A DNA stretch of 63,585 bases, filler included. It is 6 parts of 6 records of this genome, joined end to end, with 100 filler letters (N's around TTAATTAATTAA, not from the genome) between each part and the next. Parts side by side here need not be neighbours in the genome. Positions count along the whole stretch, not along the records: positions 6,936 to 32,696 come from SRR20825010_2545; 5 more parts are not named here. One strand, given 5' to 3'. Positions 10,451-18,491 of this stretch are shown one piece after another. Made by a program: the position numbers and the translations under genes. Below the pieces are notes generated by a model. It was not told where the DNA came from. It worked only from the letters and a program-made list of their open reading frames with translations, and ran no database searches. Position 1 is the stretch's first letter. Each line of letters opens with the position of its first letter.

Positions 10451-11196
10451 CAGAGCATCGCCTCTTCCATGATGTTGAAGAGGGTGCCCCACGTTGTTCT
10501 GAGGCGCTGCTTTTGCATGATCTTGAAGTCAGGAGACGCAATAGCTTCCTCGAAAGACAACCGCGCCTGTGTCATCTGTTTGATGTCAAAGCCGTAGGTG
10601 GATTGGCGGAGTTCGGGAAGCCGGACTAGACTGTGGTAACGGTCCTTGTTTTTCTTAAAGAGGGCCGTTTGTTCGAAGCCTTCGGGCTCCATACCCGGGC
10701 GGTTTCTTTCCACCCGGCCGTAGACGAATTCATTGATCCAGACGACTACGGCAACGTCAGGAAGGTGAACCAGCACCTCCGCCAGTCCCCGTAACGTGTC
10801 ATCCAGTGCTTGCCCGCCCACCAGCACACAATGCAGCCGGACTTCGTGACCGGCTTCACGCAACATTGAAAGAACCTGTGATTCCAGAAGGTAGGATAGA
10901 AGCGGCAGGAATGTGCTGGCACCATTATCGATATTGGCGGCAGCGTTTTCGGGAAGTGCTACGATGTCTTCGATCAAATAATCGAAATAGCGCGGGTTGA
11001 TTTCGTCGTCCCGATCGCCAAGCTTTACAGCTTTCACCGGAAAGGCTTTATAACCGGCAAGCGTCTGATTGACCGGGTCAGTATCGAAACCCTGAGCCTC
11101 AATCTGGCGCTTGGCGTAATACTGCATCAACAGGCTGTTGATGAAGGACTTGCCGACGCCACCCTTGCCCTGAAGAGTGATGTTAATCAACGCCAT
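10450..11196 (-). CDS. traL: TraL-like P-loop NTPase (IncP type)
   Basis: LQGKGGVGKS, DTDPVN, IDNGASTFLPL, GGQALDDT and QKQRL, collinear with RP4 TraL as recalled. Confidence 0.88.
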   Translation of the reverse strand: MALINITLQGKGGVGKSFINSLLMQYYAKRQIEAQGFDTDPVNQTLAGYKAFPVKAVKLGDRDDEINPRYFDYLIEDIVALPENAAANIDNGASTFLPLLSYLLESQVLSMLREAGHEVRLHCVLVGGQALDDTLRGLAEVLVHLPDVAVVVWINEFVYGRVERNRPGMEPEGFEQTALFKKNKDRYHSLVRLPELRQSTYGFDIKQMTQARLSFEEAIASPDFKIMQKQRLRTTWGTLFNIMEEAML

Positions 11197-11416
11197 CAGC
11201 GATAACTCCGTCTGAAATGATGATTTTGATACCGAGCGAACTGGCGAGTTTGAAAAGCTTCGCACCTTCAAGTTCCCCGGTACCGTTTTCGAAATTGCGA
11301 TAGGTTCTTTCAGACACACCAATCAGGCTGGCGGTCTTGATCTGAGACATGCCAAGCGCTTTGCGCTGTTCATGGATACGACGATGGAAAGCGAGATAAT
11401 CGGCTTGCCAGTTCAT
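11183..11416 (-). CDS. XRE/Cro-family HTH regulator
   Basis: RKALGMSQ...LIGVSERTYRNFENG HTH_3 pattern. Confidence 0.85.
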   Translation of the reverse strand: MNWQADYLAFHRRIHEQRKALGMSQIKTASLIGVSERTYRNFENGTGELEGAKLFKLASSLGIKIIISDGVIADGVD

Positions 11417-12105
11417 TCGACCTCCATCGGCCGAACCGGCTCTACCAGTCTTTCGAACTGATCAATTGGTAACGGGAGATCGGGGAGATCGAACTCTTCA
11501 ATCTCTCCGTATGCCGGAAACGATATCTGGGGAGGCGTTTCAACAAGCACACTTTCGACCAACCACTGGGCGAGAAGCACACCAATAAAACTTCCAAGAA
11601 CACAGCCGATAAAACGTGTAAGGAAGGGCGGCCAGCCAGTTTCGCCAGCAGGCAATCTCGGGGCGCTTATTTCTGCACCGGAGTGTTCGGGGTTCTCATG
11701 CGGCCAAGGTTGTTCAATCTTGCCTGACGCGAAAGCTGCCAAATGAACATTCGCTTGTGCAAGTTCCTCAAGAAGCTGAAGCAGCAGCCCAAGAGCCCAC
11801 CCATCACGAATTCGGTCGTCTGCTATCTTCTCCCATTCATCCGGGCAGAATGGGTAATTCAGCGATACATGAAGGTAAGCCAGTGAACGTGCCAGAGCGT
11901 CACGCTGTTCTTCATTAAGATCAAGCGTTTCGCCACCGATAACGAATTGCAGACCGATATCTCTTGCGCTCTCGGCAAGGCGGTGAAGCGTTCGTTTGGT
12001 GATGTTGAACTGGTGAAATTGAGAAATCGCCGATATCAGGGCAGGATCGACAATGTCGACAGCTATCCGGTGTTCGGCATTCGCACTGCTTTGAGAGGTC
12101 ATCAA
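11413..12105 (-). CDS. Hypothetical protein with one C-terminal TM helix
   Basis: 230-aa ORF with 4-nt overlaps to both neighbours; hydrophobic FIGCVLGSFIGVLLAQWLV. Confidence 0.6.
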   Translation of the reverse strand: MMTSQSSANAEHRIAVDIVDPALISAISQFHQFNITKRTLHRLAESARDIGLQFVIGGETLDLNEEQRDALARSLAYLHVSLNYPFCPDEWEKIADDRIRDGWALGLLLQLLEELAQANVHLAAFASGKIEQPWPHENPEHSGAEISAPRLPAGETGWPPFLTRFIGCVLGSFIGVLLAQWLVESVLVETPPQISFPAYGEIEEFDLPDLPLPIDQFERLVEPVRPMEVE

Positions 12106-12431
12106 TTTGCACCCGCCCCTGACTCTTGGTCATCTTCAAAGGCTGGTGAAGATTGAACTTTCTTTCCCGTCGTTTCCGCATAGTCGCAGACTAGGCTGTC
12201 AGTGCGAGGATCCAACGTGAGTTCGTCAGATTGCAGGACAAGCGGCTTCTTTCGCTGAACCGTGATGACGCGGCACGTGATCAGACCGGCAGGCAATTGC
12301 GGATTGGGCTCAAACATCAATCCGTTGCGACCAGACGGCCATTTTTCAACATCATATACCAGCCACCCTGCAAACGCAGATGGGCTCCCCAATATGACTG
12401 CGAACAATCCTGCTACGACTAGGCGTTTCAT
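12102..12431 (-). CDS. Hypothetical exported protein
   Basis: Signal peptide MKRLVVAGLFAVILGSPSAFA; AGGGG RBS; Cys pair. Confidence 0.65.
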   Translation of the reverse strand: MKRLVVAGLFAVILGSPSAFAGWLVYDVEKWPSGRNGLMFEPNPQLPAGLITCRVITVQRKKPLVLQSDELTLDPRTDSLVCDYAETTGKKVQSSPAFEDDQESGAGAN

Positions 12432-12601
12432 TGACTTCCCCTAAATTTCTGTCCTTGACGCCTTAGGCCCGACCCGGTCTTCAAACCGGGTAACGGGCGG
12501 AGGCGTTGGGGCGTTTATGGCTCACCAGACCGCACCCGAAGCACGGAGGTGATTGACTTGACGGGAAGGCGGATCGTTGCCGCAGGAGGTAACCATTCTG
12601 G

Positions 12602-12976
12602 TCATTGCTCGGCCTCATTCGGTTGTGGATCGTCGTCCCAAATTTGCATGCGCCCTGTCTCAACCCGGCCTTCAATGGCGGATGTATCGGAGGCCTTGCC
12701 CGAGACAGGGGGAGCACTTTGCAAAACAGCCACAGCCGTATGAGCAGGCAATTGCCTGACTGCGTTGCTGGCATTGATGAGGGGAGGTTCGGGAGACGTG
12801 CTGGACGAAAGGGTGTCGAACCAGGAATAGAAGGATCGCTGGGACATGGTGATGCGACCTGCTGAACGCAGATCGAGGTAAATCCGGTTTCTGGATTTAC
12901 CTTTCAGATGCTCATCGAAAATCTCATCGCATAGGGCGATGAACTCGATTTTTGCCTGTCCCCAAGTGGCGACCAT
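12602..12976 (-). CDS. traK: TraK-family oriT-binding protein (IncP type)
   Basis: GQAKIEFIAL...IYLDLRSAGRITMSQRSFYSWF resembles the TraK core; Pro-rich tail; heads the traL-traM operon. Confidence 0.7.
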   Translation of the reverse strand: MVATWGQAKIEFIALCDEIFDEHLKGKSRNRIYLDLRSAGRITMSQRSFYSWFDTLSSSTSPEPPLINASNAVRQLPAHTAVAVLQSAPPVSGKASDTSAIEGRVETGRMQIWDDDPQPNEAEQ

Positions 12977-13174
12977 CTACTACCCCATCAGGTCATTAAC
13001 GACTTGACAAGGAAGAGAAAGATATGATCCCAATCTATCACGGGTTAGCGATCTAATCGCTCTATTGAGCTAAAATCTGCAAATCCCGTGGAAGTGAATC
13101 GAACATCGGCGATTGTCCCCGCAACCACTTCTGTTATAACTCGCTCCTGTGCGAGATATAGCAGTGCTCTAGAT

Positions 13175-13214
13175 CAAAACACCCTGCTCGGTGAAAGTCG
13201 AGCGGGGTGTTTTG
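13175..13214 (+). terminator. Strong hairpin, putative intrinsic terminator
   Basis: CAAAACACCCTGCTCG / CGAGCGGGGTGTTTTG stem followed by T-rich tail. Confidence 0.65.
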
Positions 13215-13376
13215 TTTCATAGGTTACGGTTTACGAGTTGCGAATTTTATTTTCTGTAGGAATGGTTGTCTCAATTGGGGGCTATATTGATCGGTAATTC
13301 TACTGTTCACGTAACGAAATTGATCGAAAAGATAGAGATGCGCTCTCGCTTTGAGATATAGCGACCGTCTTTAGCC

Positions 13377-13401
13377 TGAACTTACCGATATCCCAAACGT
13401 C
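13377..13401 (+). promoter_or_regulatory. ECF sigma promoter, class A (TGAAY-N16-CGTC)
   Basis: TGAAC-ttaccgatatcccaaa-CGTC upstream of DUF418; same motif at both biosynthetic operons. Confidence 0.7.
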
Positions 13402-13436
13402 TTTCCTTTAACGCGTTATCATCAAAGGAAAGATAA

Positions 13437-14603
13437 ATGTTCAAGCAACGCGAACCTTCAATTGATGCACTTCGTGCGTTTGCCCTGTTTGGGATACTCG
13501 TGGTCAATCTGCCATTTTTTGCCATTACGTATGGCTTTGCCGGTGGGGTATGGCAGGATGCAACGCCACTTTGGGCGAATGTCATCGCTGCTGGTGTGAT
13601 TCAGGGGCTGTTTGAAAGCAAGTTTATCCTGATCTTTTCTGCGCTGTTTGGTTTTGCTGCCTTTCAACAGTTTCAGCGTTACGGTCTGTCATTCTACATT
13701 CGACGTCTCGTGGTCTTGGCATTGTTTGGCGTGGTGAACCTGACGCTGCTGTTTGAAGCAGATATTCTTTTACCCTATGCGGTCATTGGCCTGTTGTTGG
13801 TCTTTGTGCGCAATCATTCGGTACGTTCTCTTCTGACCTATGCCATCGGACTATGGGCTTGGGCTGTTATTGGCAATGCCTTGTTTGGTGTAAACATGAC
13901 GGTAAACCCTGTACCTTATGTTGCGCCGGACATACCGGTTTCCGAAGTGCTGGCGTCGGGGAGTTTTGTTGATGTCATGGCCATCCGGCTCGATAGCTGG
14001 AGCGGGTTCCAGCTTTACTGTCTTTGGAGCAATTACCTGTTGGTGGCGGCAGCGATGTGCGGCGGGTTGGCCGCCGCGCGATATTGTGATGCACTTGGAT
14101 TTGATGTTCTGATTGGCAGGTTGCGATTGATTGCATCGTTTGCGGTCATTCCGGCAATTCTGGGTAGCGTGGTTTATGGCGTGTTGGCCGCCTTGCCAGC
14201 ATCAGCAGAGCCAGAACGCTTCTTTATGATGGCCCTGATTTTGCGTCCGTTGTTCGCTGTGCCGCTGTCTCTTGTTCTGGTGTCAGTAGCGATGTGGGGC
14301 TTCATGTCGAGATCATGTAACGGTTTGACATCATTTATTGCGCCAGCAGGACGCATGTCACTGACCATCTACCTTGGCATGTCGTTGATCATGGGGTTTG
14401 TATTTTTTGGATATGGTGCCGGATTGCACAATCAGGTCAGTTTGGTCGACTGTTTGTGGATTTCATTGGTGATGTATCTGGGATGGGTTGTATTTGCACA
14501 AGTCTGGTTCAGGGGGGCATCGCGCGGCCCGCTTGAATGGATATTGACGTTGTTGACTCGACCCGGATCGCGACGGATTGAGGTTTCGGTGAGCAGCAGT
14601 TAG
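13437..14603 (+). CDS. DUF418/YeiB-family polytopic membrane protein
   Basis: IDALRAFALFGILVVN, FSALFG, DILLPYA, GRMSLTIYL and GPLEW motifs. Confidence 0.88.
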   Translation: MFKQREPSIDALRAFALFGILVVNLPFFAITYGFAGGVWQDATPLWANVIAAGVIQGLFESKFILIFSALFGFAAFQQFQRYGLSFYIRRLVVLALFGVVNLTLLFEADILLPYAVIGLLLVFVRNHSVRSLLTYAIGLWAWAVIGNALFGVNMTVNPVPYVAPDIPVSEVLASGSFVDVMAIRLDSWSGFQLYCLWSNYLLVAAAMCGGLAAARYCDALGFDVLIGRLRLIASFAVIPAILGSVVYGVLAALPASAEPERFFMMALILRPLFAVPLSLVLVSVAMWGFMSRSCNGLTSFIAPAGRMSLTIYLGMSLIMGFVFFGYGAGLHNQVSLVDCLWISLVMYLGWVVFAQVWFRGASRGPLEWILTLLTRPGSRRIEVSVSSS

Positions 14604-14626
14604 TTCTGTCTGTTTGGCAAAGAACG

Positions 14627-14652
14627 AAAAGGGCGCCGTCTGGGCGCCCTTT
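14627..14652. terminator. Bidirectional intrinsic terminator
   Basis: AAAAGGGCGCC-gtctg-GGCGCCCTTT between convergent genes. Confidence 0.8.
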
Positions 14653-14680
14653 GCTTTTGGTCGTTCCGGAAAGCCCGCGT

Positions 14681-15877
14681 CTACCGTTTCAGACCGACGG
14701 CAATTGCCTGTTTGAGGTCGGCAAGCAGGTGTTCGGGGTTCTCAAGCCCGCCATAGATGCGGACAAGTTGGGGGTTGAGTTTGAAGTGACGGAACGCGCT
14801 GACATCGTATTTCTGATCAAGTACCGCAGCCGCAGGCACGACAAGGCTTTCAGGGCCGCCCCAACTGACACCCAGGCGAAATATTCGAAGTGCGTTGCTA
14901 AAAGCCCGGATATCAACGGCGTCATCAAGAATGATCGAAAACAGGCTGGAATGACCGTGCAGGGTTTTACTTCCGGGGTGGTCACTGAAACCGGAATAAA
15001 GCACGGATGAAACCTGTGGATGCACGGCAAGATTTCTGGCCAGATATTCTCCGTTCAGGGCGTGCCTTTGCATGCGCAATTCGAGGGTATCAAGCCCACG
15101 CAGAAGAAGCCATGCTTCAAACGGGCCAAGCTTTCCACCAAGATAGGGGAAGGTCGATGCATTGATACGGTCGATCAATGATTGACGCCCTGTAACAACG
15201 CCTGCCACGGTATCGCTATGCCCTGACAGGAATTTTGATGCGGCATGAATGACAAGGTCAATGCCGTGATCCGCAGGTTTTTGAAAAACAGGTGTCGCCC
15301 AAGAATTATCAATGACCGTAATGACATCGTTTGACTTCGCAGCAGTGGCGAGTTTTTCAAGGTCCTGTAACTCGAAGGTCAGCGATGTCGGGCTTTCCAG
15401 AAACAGTAACCTTGCATCCGTAATAGCGGCAATAACGGCATCGGTATCTTTGCCATCGACATAGTCAATCTCGACCCCCATTGGCCTGAGAATCGTTTCA
15501 AACAGGCGATAGGCATCCGAATAGACATTATGGACAGTCACAATTCGATCACCTGGCGCAACAAGAGCCATGACCGTTGCGCTGATAGCACCCATCCCAC
15601 TGGCAAACGCCCGGGAGGCTTCGGTATTCTCCAGCCGGGCGATTTCGCGCTCGAACGCCATGACAGTCGGGTTGTCGCCACGGGCATAGATCGGTCCCCC
15701 CGGATTCCCGGCATAGGCATTTGCCATGTCGTCAAAATCACGGAATGCGAAAAGGGATGTTTGATAAATCGGTTGAGAAACAGCACGGAAATGTCGTTCA
15801 TAATTTGGGTCATGCGCACCCAAATGCCGTGTTTCTCCCTGATGTATACTCAATGGTTTTGAGGGCAGTTCATTCAT
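14681..15877 (-). CDS. PLP-dependent Cys/Met-metabolism-fold enzyme, VbsL-like (putative epimerase)
   Basis: YARGDNPT, FASGMGAI, LESPT, DNSWATP, HAASKFLSGHSD (PLP Lys), GVSWGG; third gene after acyltransferase and MATE, as in vbsADL. Confidence 0.8.
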   Translation of the reverse strand: MNELPSKPLSIHQGETRHLGAHDPNYERHFRAVSQPIYQTSLFAFRDFDDMANAYAGNPGGPIYARGDNPTVMAFEREIARLENTEASRAFASGMGAISATVMALVAPGDRIVTVHNVYSDAYRLFETILRPMGVEIDYVDGKDTDAVIAAITDARLLFLESPTSLTFELQDLEKLATAAKSNDVITVIDNSWATPVFQKPADHGIDLVIHAASKFLSGHSDTVAGVVTGRQSLIDRINASTFPYLGGKLGPFEAWLLLRGLDTLELRMQRHALNGEYLARNLAVHPQVSSVLYSGFSDHPGSKTLHGHSSLFSIILDDAVDIRAFSNALRIFRLGVSWGGPESLVVPAAAVLDQKYDVSAFRHFKLNPQLVRIYGGLENPEHLLADLKQAIAVGLKR

Positions 15878-17232
15878 GATGAAAGCTCCTTGATGGGAAG
15901 TGATCTGATCCCCGAAAAGGTAAGGAAACCCGCAAGCAGGGTCGTCAGCACAGCGGCAAGTGCCGGTGCCATCACAATTCCATCAAACCCGACGGCCATT
16001 GGTAAAAGGATGGCGAGCGGGATCTGGATGTAACCTTGTGGGGCCATGCTTACCATCGCGGCGTGCCGGGCATTGTTGGCGGCCTGAAACCGCGACACCA
16101 TTGGTTGGTAAATCCCGATGCAGGCGATCTGGATGGCGAGAATATCAAGCAGATGCCCTCCAAATTCGACAAGCTCTGCACGATCAACAAATGCCGTGAT
16201 CAGTAGATCACCAAACAGAAATGCAATAAGGGCACAGCTTAACGAAAAACCAGTGCAATAAAGAACGATCCCTTTGAAAACGGCATCAAAGCGATTTTGA
16301 TTATGGGCACCGGCCGCATAACTCAGGATAGGTTGTGCTCCAAGGCAAAAGCCGATGATTGGCAGGATTGCCAGCAGCACGATGCGAAGAGAAATGGCCA
16401 GTCCGGCCAGTTCATCCTCGGTTCCATGGACGTTTGCCGCCTGCATCAAAATGGCAAAGCAAACGGATGCAAGTATAGTCGTCGAGCTTGCCGGTATGCC
16501 AAGCTTTGCGAAAGGATAAAGGGCAGGTCGCCATTTCAGTTGACGAAGAGCCGATACCGCTGGATGCACACGGCCCAGACGTATGCGGAAGTAATAGATA
16601 TATGCGCAAAGGGCCGCGACCTGCGAGATAACGGTTGCCCAGGCCGCGCCGGCAACACCCATGTCAAACCCGAAAATCAGGATCGGATCAAGGGTCATGT
16701 TCAGACCAAACGATCCGATCAGGGTGTACATGGAGAACCGGCTGTTGCCTTCGCCTATTGCAATGAAATCACATACGATCTGCAAAAGTACCAGGATGGC
16801 GCAGGCACCAAGAATCCGCATATAGATTGCAGCTTCACCAAAGGCGTCACCGCTTGCACCAAGGATATGCAGGATCGGAACATGAAAGAGGAAGATCAGG
16901 GTGGCAACGATAATTCCGAATATGATCGCCAGCGCCAATGCGAGTGAAGCTGCACGAGTTGCATTATTTGCATTTCCACGACCAAGCGCGCGACCAATTT
17001 CGGTTGAGGCCGTGATACCCAATCCATGACCAATGGCACCGACAAGCATGAAGCACGGGATGGAGAGTGTTACACCAGCCATGGCACTGAGCGCATAATG
17101 CGAGACAAAAAAGGCATCGACAACCTGATTGATCGCATTGATCGAAAGCCCCGCTACAGAAGGCAAGGCCAGTCGCAGGATCAAACGCATGATCGCAGGA
17201 TCATTCAAGTCCGGAAGTTCGCGTTTACGCAT
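15874..17232 (-). CDS. MATE-family efflux transporter, VbsD-like siderophore exporter
   Basis: About 12 TM; NMTLDPILIFGFDMGVAGAAWATVISQ MATE signature. Confidence 0.9.
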   Translation of the reverse strand: MRKRELPDLNDPAIMRLILRLALPSVAGLSINAINQVVDAFFVSHYALSAMAGVTLSIPCFMLVGAIGHGLGITASTEIGRALGRGNANNATRAASLALALAIIFGIIVATLIFLFHVPILHILGASGDAFGEAAIYMRILGACAILVLLQIVCDFIAIGEGNSRFSMYTLIGSFGLNMTLDPILIFGFDMGVAGAAWATVISQVAALCAYIYYFRIRLGRVHPAVSALRQLKWRPALYPFAKLGIPASSTTILASVCFAILMQAANVHGTEDELAGLAISLRIVLLAILPIIGFCLGAQPILSYAAGAHNQNRFDAVFKGIVLYCTGFSLSCALIAFLFGDLLITAFVDRAELVEFGGHLLDILAIQIACIGIYQPMVSRFQAANNARHAAMVSMAPQGYIQIPLAILLPMAVGFDGIVMAPALAAVLTTLLAGFLTFSGIRSLPIKELSS

Positions 17233-18314
17233 CAGGATATATCCTCGTTACGAACAAAGTCCGGAACATGAAGCCGGTCATCAAAGAACCGTTCACGCAG
17301 CAGCATCACCAAAAGAGATGTTTTGTGCGGGAAGCGAACCTGTTTGAGACCGGCAAAGCCTGAACGTAAAAGATTGCGGATTTGCTGATCATGACCAGCG
17401 TCGGGCTCGCCGACGATCCGCTGGGTGCGAGGATCATCAAGGAACATATAGTGCATCAGTGATGGCAACCATGCTGTAAGGTATTCCTTGCCGCGAAAAG
17501 CTTCCTCACCGATTGCAACATGCCAGCCACGATCAAAATCCTCGGCCGTGTAGTGTTCGCCCAGCCGGTCCTCCTGGGCCCAATAGAGTTCGAAATACCC
17601 GAAAGGTGCATCATCAAAAAATCCGATAAGCGGTTCTGTCCGGGGATCATTCAGCCGGTTTTCAAGGAAGGACTGGTGCTTCGCTTCCGTGCCAGATTCT
17701 TCCCAGAAAACATCTACGCGTGGGTCATTCATCCATTTATGGAAATACCCAAGGTGGCGCGTTGGATCAGCCCGTTCAAAACGGATCGTTTTATTGATCC
17801 ATGGAATGTAGCGGGAATAGAGCGTCTGGTGCGCGCTTGGTCGACGAACCGGATGGCGACGGCCATTCGTTGAGGTGTAGCGTAGCGGAAAGCTATTCCT
17901 TTCAGGATGCTCCAGCCAGTTAAGAGACAGTTGGTATAGGTCACCTGAATAGATGGTATTGTCGCCTGCAGTGTGAGTAATCAATCCACTTCGGGCCATC
18001 TGGCTAAGCCAGTCAGGATCAAGTTGATTGGGAAGGCGGATTTCATAGCGTGCCGGATGAACGGCAAAAAGCGCCTCGGCCAAAGCAGCCAAACCATATT
18101 GGTCAAGAACACATAAAGTCATACTGGCGATATCATCAAGGACGATCTGATTTGATGTCAGTGTAAAATAAAAGTCGTGATTCTCGTTTTCGCCAGACAT
18201 GTGCAGGTGCCCACCTTCGACTACGGAATGCCGCCTGCCCACCTGCTGGAAGTGTTTGATCTGAAATGTTTTCATCGAGGATTGTGTTGGGCTTTCTTGT
18301 GTCATGACATTCAT
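17232..18314 (-). CDS. N-hydroxy-ornithine/lysine acyltransferase (IucB/AlcB GNAT), VbsA-like
   Basis: RHPVR, WMNDPRV, GYFELYWAQED, DRGWHVAIGE and RIVGEP motifs. Confidence 0.9.
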   Translation of the reverse strand: MNVMTQESPTQSSMKTFQIKHFQQVGRRHSVVEGGHLHMSGENENHDFYFTLTSNQIVLDDIASMTLCVLDQYGLAALAEALFAVHPARYEIRLPNQLDPDWLSQMARSGLITHTAGDNTIYSGDLYQLSLNWLEHPERNSFPLRYTSTNGRRHPVRRPSAHQTLYSRYIPWINKTIRFERADPTRHLGYFHKWMNDPRVDVFWEESGTEAKHQSFLENRLNDPRTEPLIGFFDDAPFGYFELYWAQEDRLGEHYTAEDFDRGWHVAIGEEAFRGKEYLTAWLPSLMHYMFLDDPRTQRIVGEPDAGHDQQIRNLLRSGFAGLKQVRFPHKTSLLVMLLRERFFDDRLHVPDFVRNEDIS

Positions 18315-18376
18315 GTCCGGGACTCCTTGTTTCCATGGTGCCAGCCCATTGGGGCCGATTATCTTGCTCTAGTCCG

Positions 18377-18401
18377 GACGAGTGAGAGGGCAGGAAGTTC
18401 A
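18377..18401 (-). promoter_or_regulatory. ECF sigma promoter, class A, for the acyltransferase-MATE-PLP operon
   Basis: Minus strand TGAAC-ttcctgccctctcact-CGTC (N16). Confidence 0.7.
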
Positions 18402-18434
18402 GTGATCTTTTTTGCGTTTGCGTGCAGAAAAAAC

Positions 18435-18459
18435 TGAATTTACATCCGAACGGATCGTC
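18435..18459 (+). promoter_or_regulatory. ECF sigma promoter, class A, for the NRPS-hydroxylase operon
   Basis: TGAAT-ttacatccgaacggat-CGTC (N16). Confidence 0.7.
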
Positions 18460-18491
18460 TCCCCTGCAAATGCAATAATTGCTTTGTCAGC

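Larger units (their letters stand above)
6936..12976 (-). mobile_element. Conjugative transfer region of an ICE or plasmid (partial)
   Basis: Co-oriented traK, traL, traM, virB2, virB3, virB4; no relaxase, coupling protein or integrase in this contig. Confidence 0.8.

Noticed and set aside
13004-13028. TTGACA...TATGAT sigma70 promoter
   Set aside because: Spacer is only 13 bp
14681-15877. Housekeeping metB/metC call
   Set aside because: The fold fits, but translational coupling to MATE and acyltransferase in vbsADL order points to a siderophore role; no symbol given
18315-18491. Possible MbtH-like vbsG gene upstream of the NRPS
   Set aside because: The 177-bp gap is occupied by two divergent promoters and has no MbtH-type Trp motif ORF
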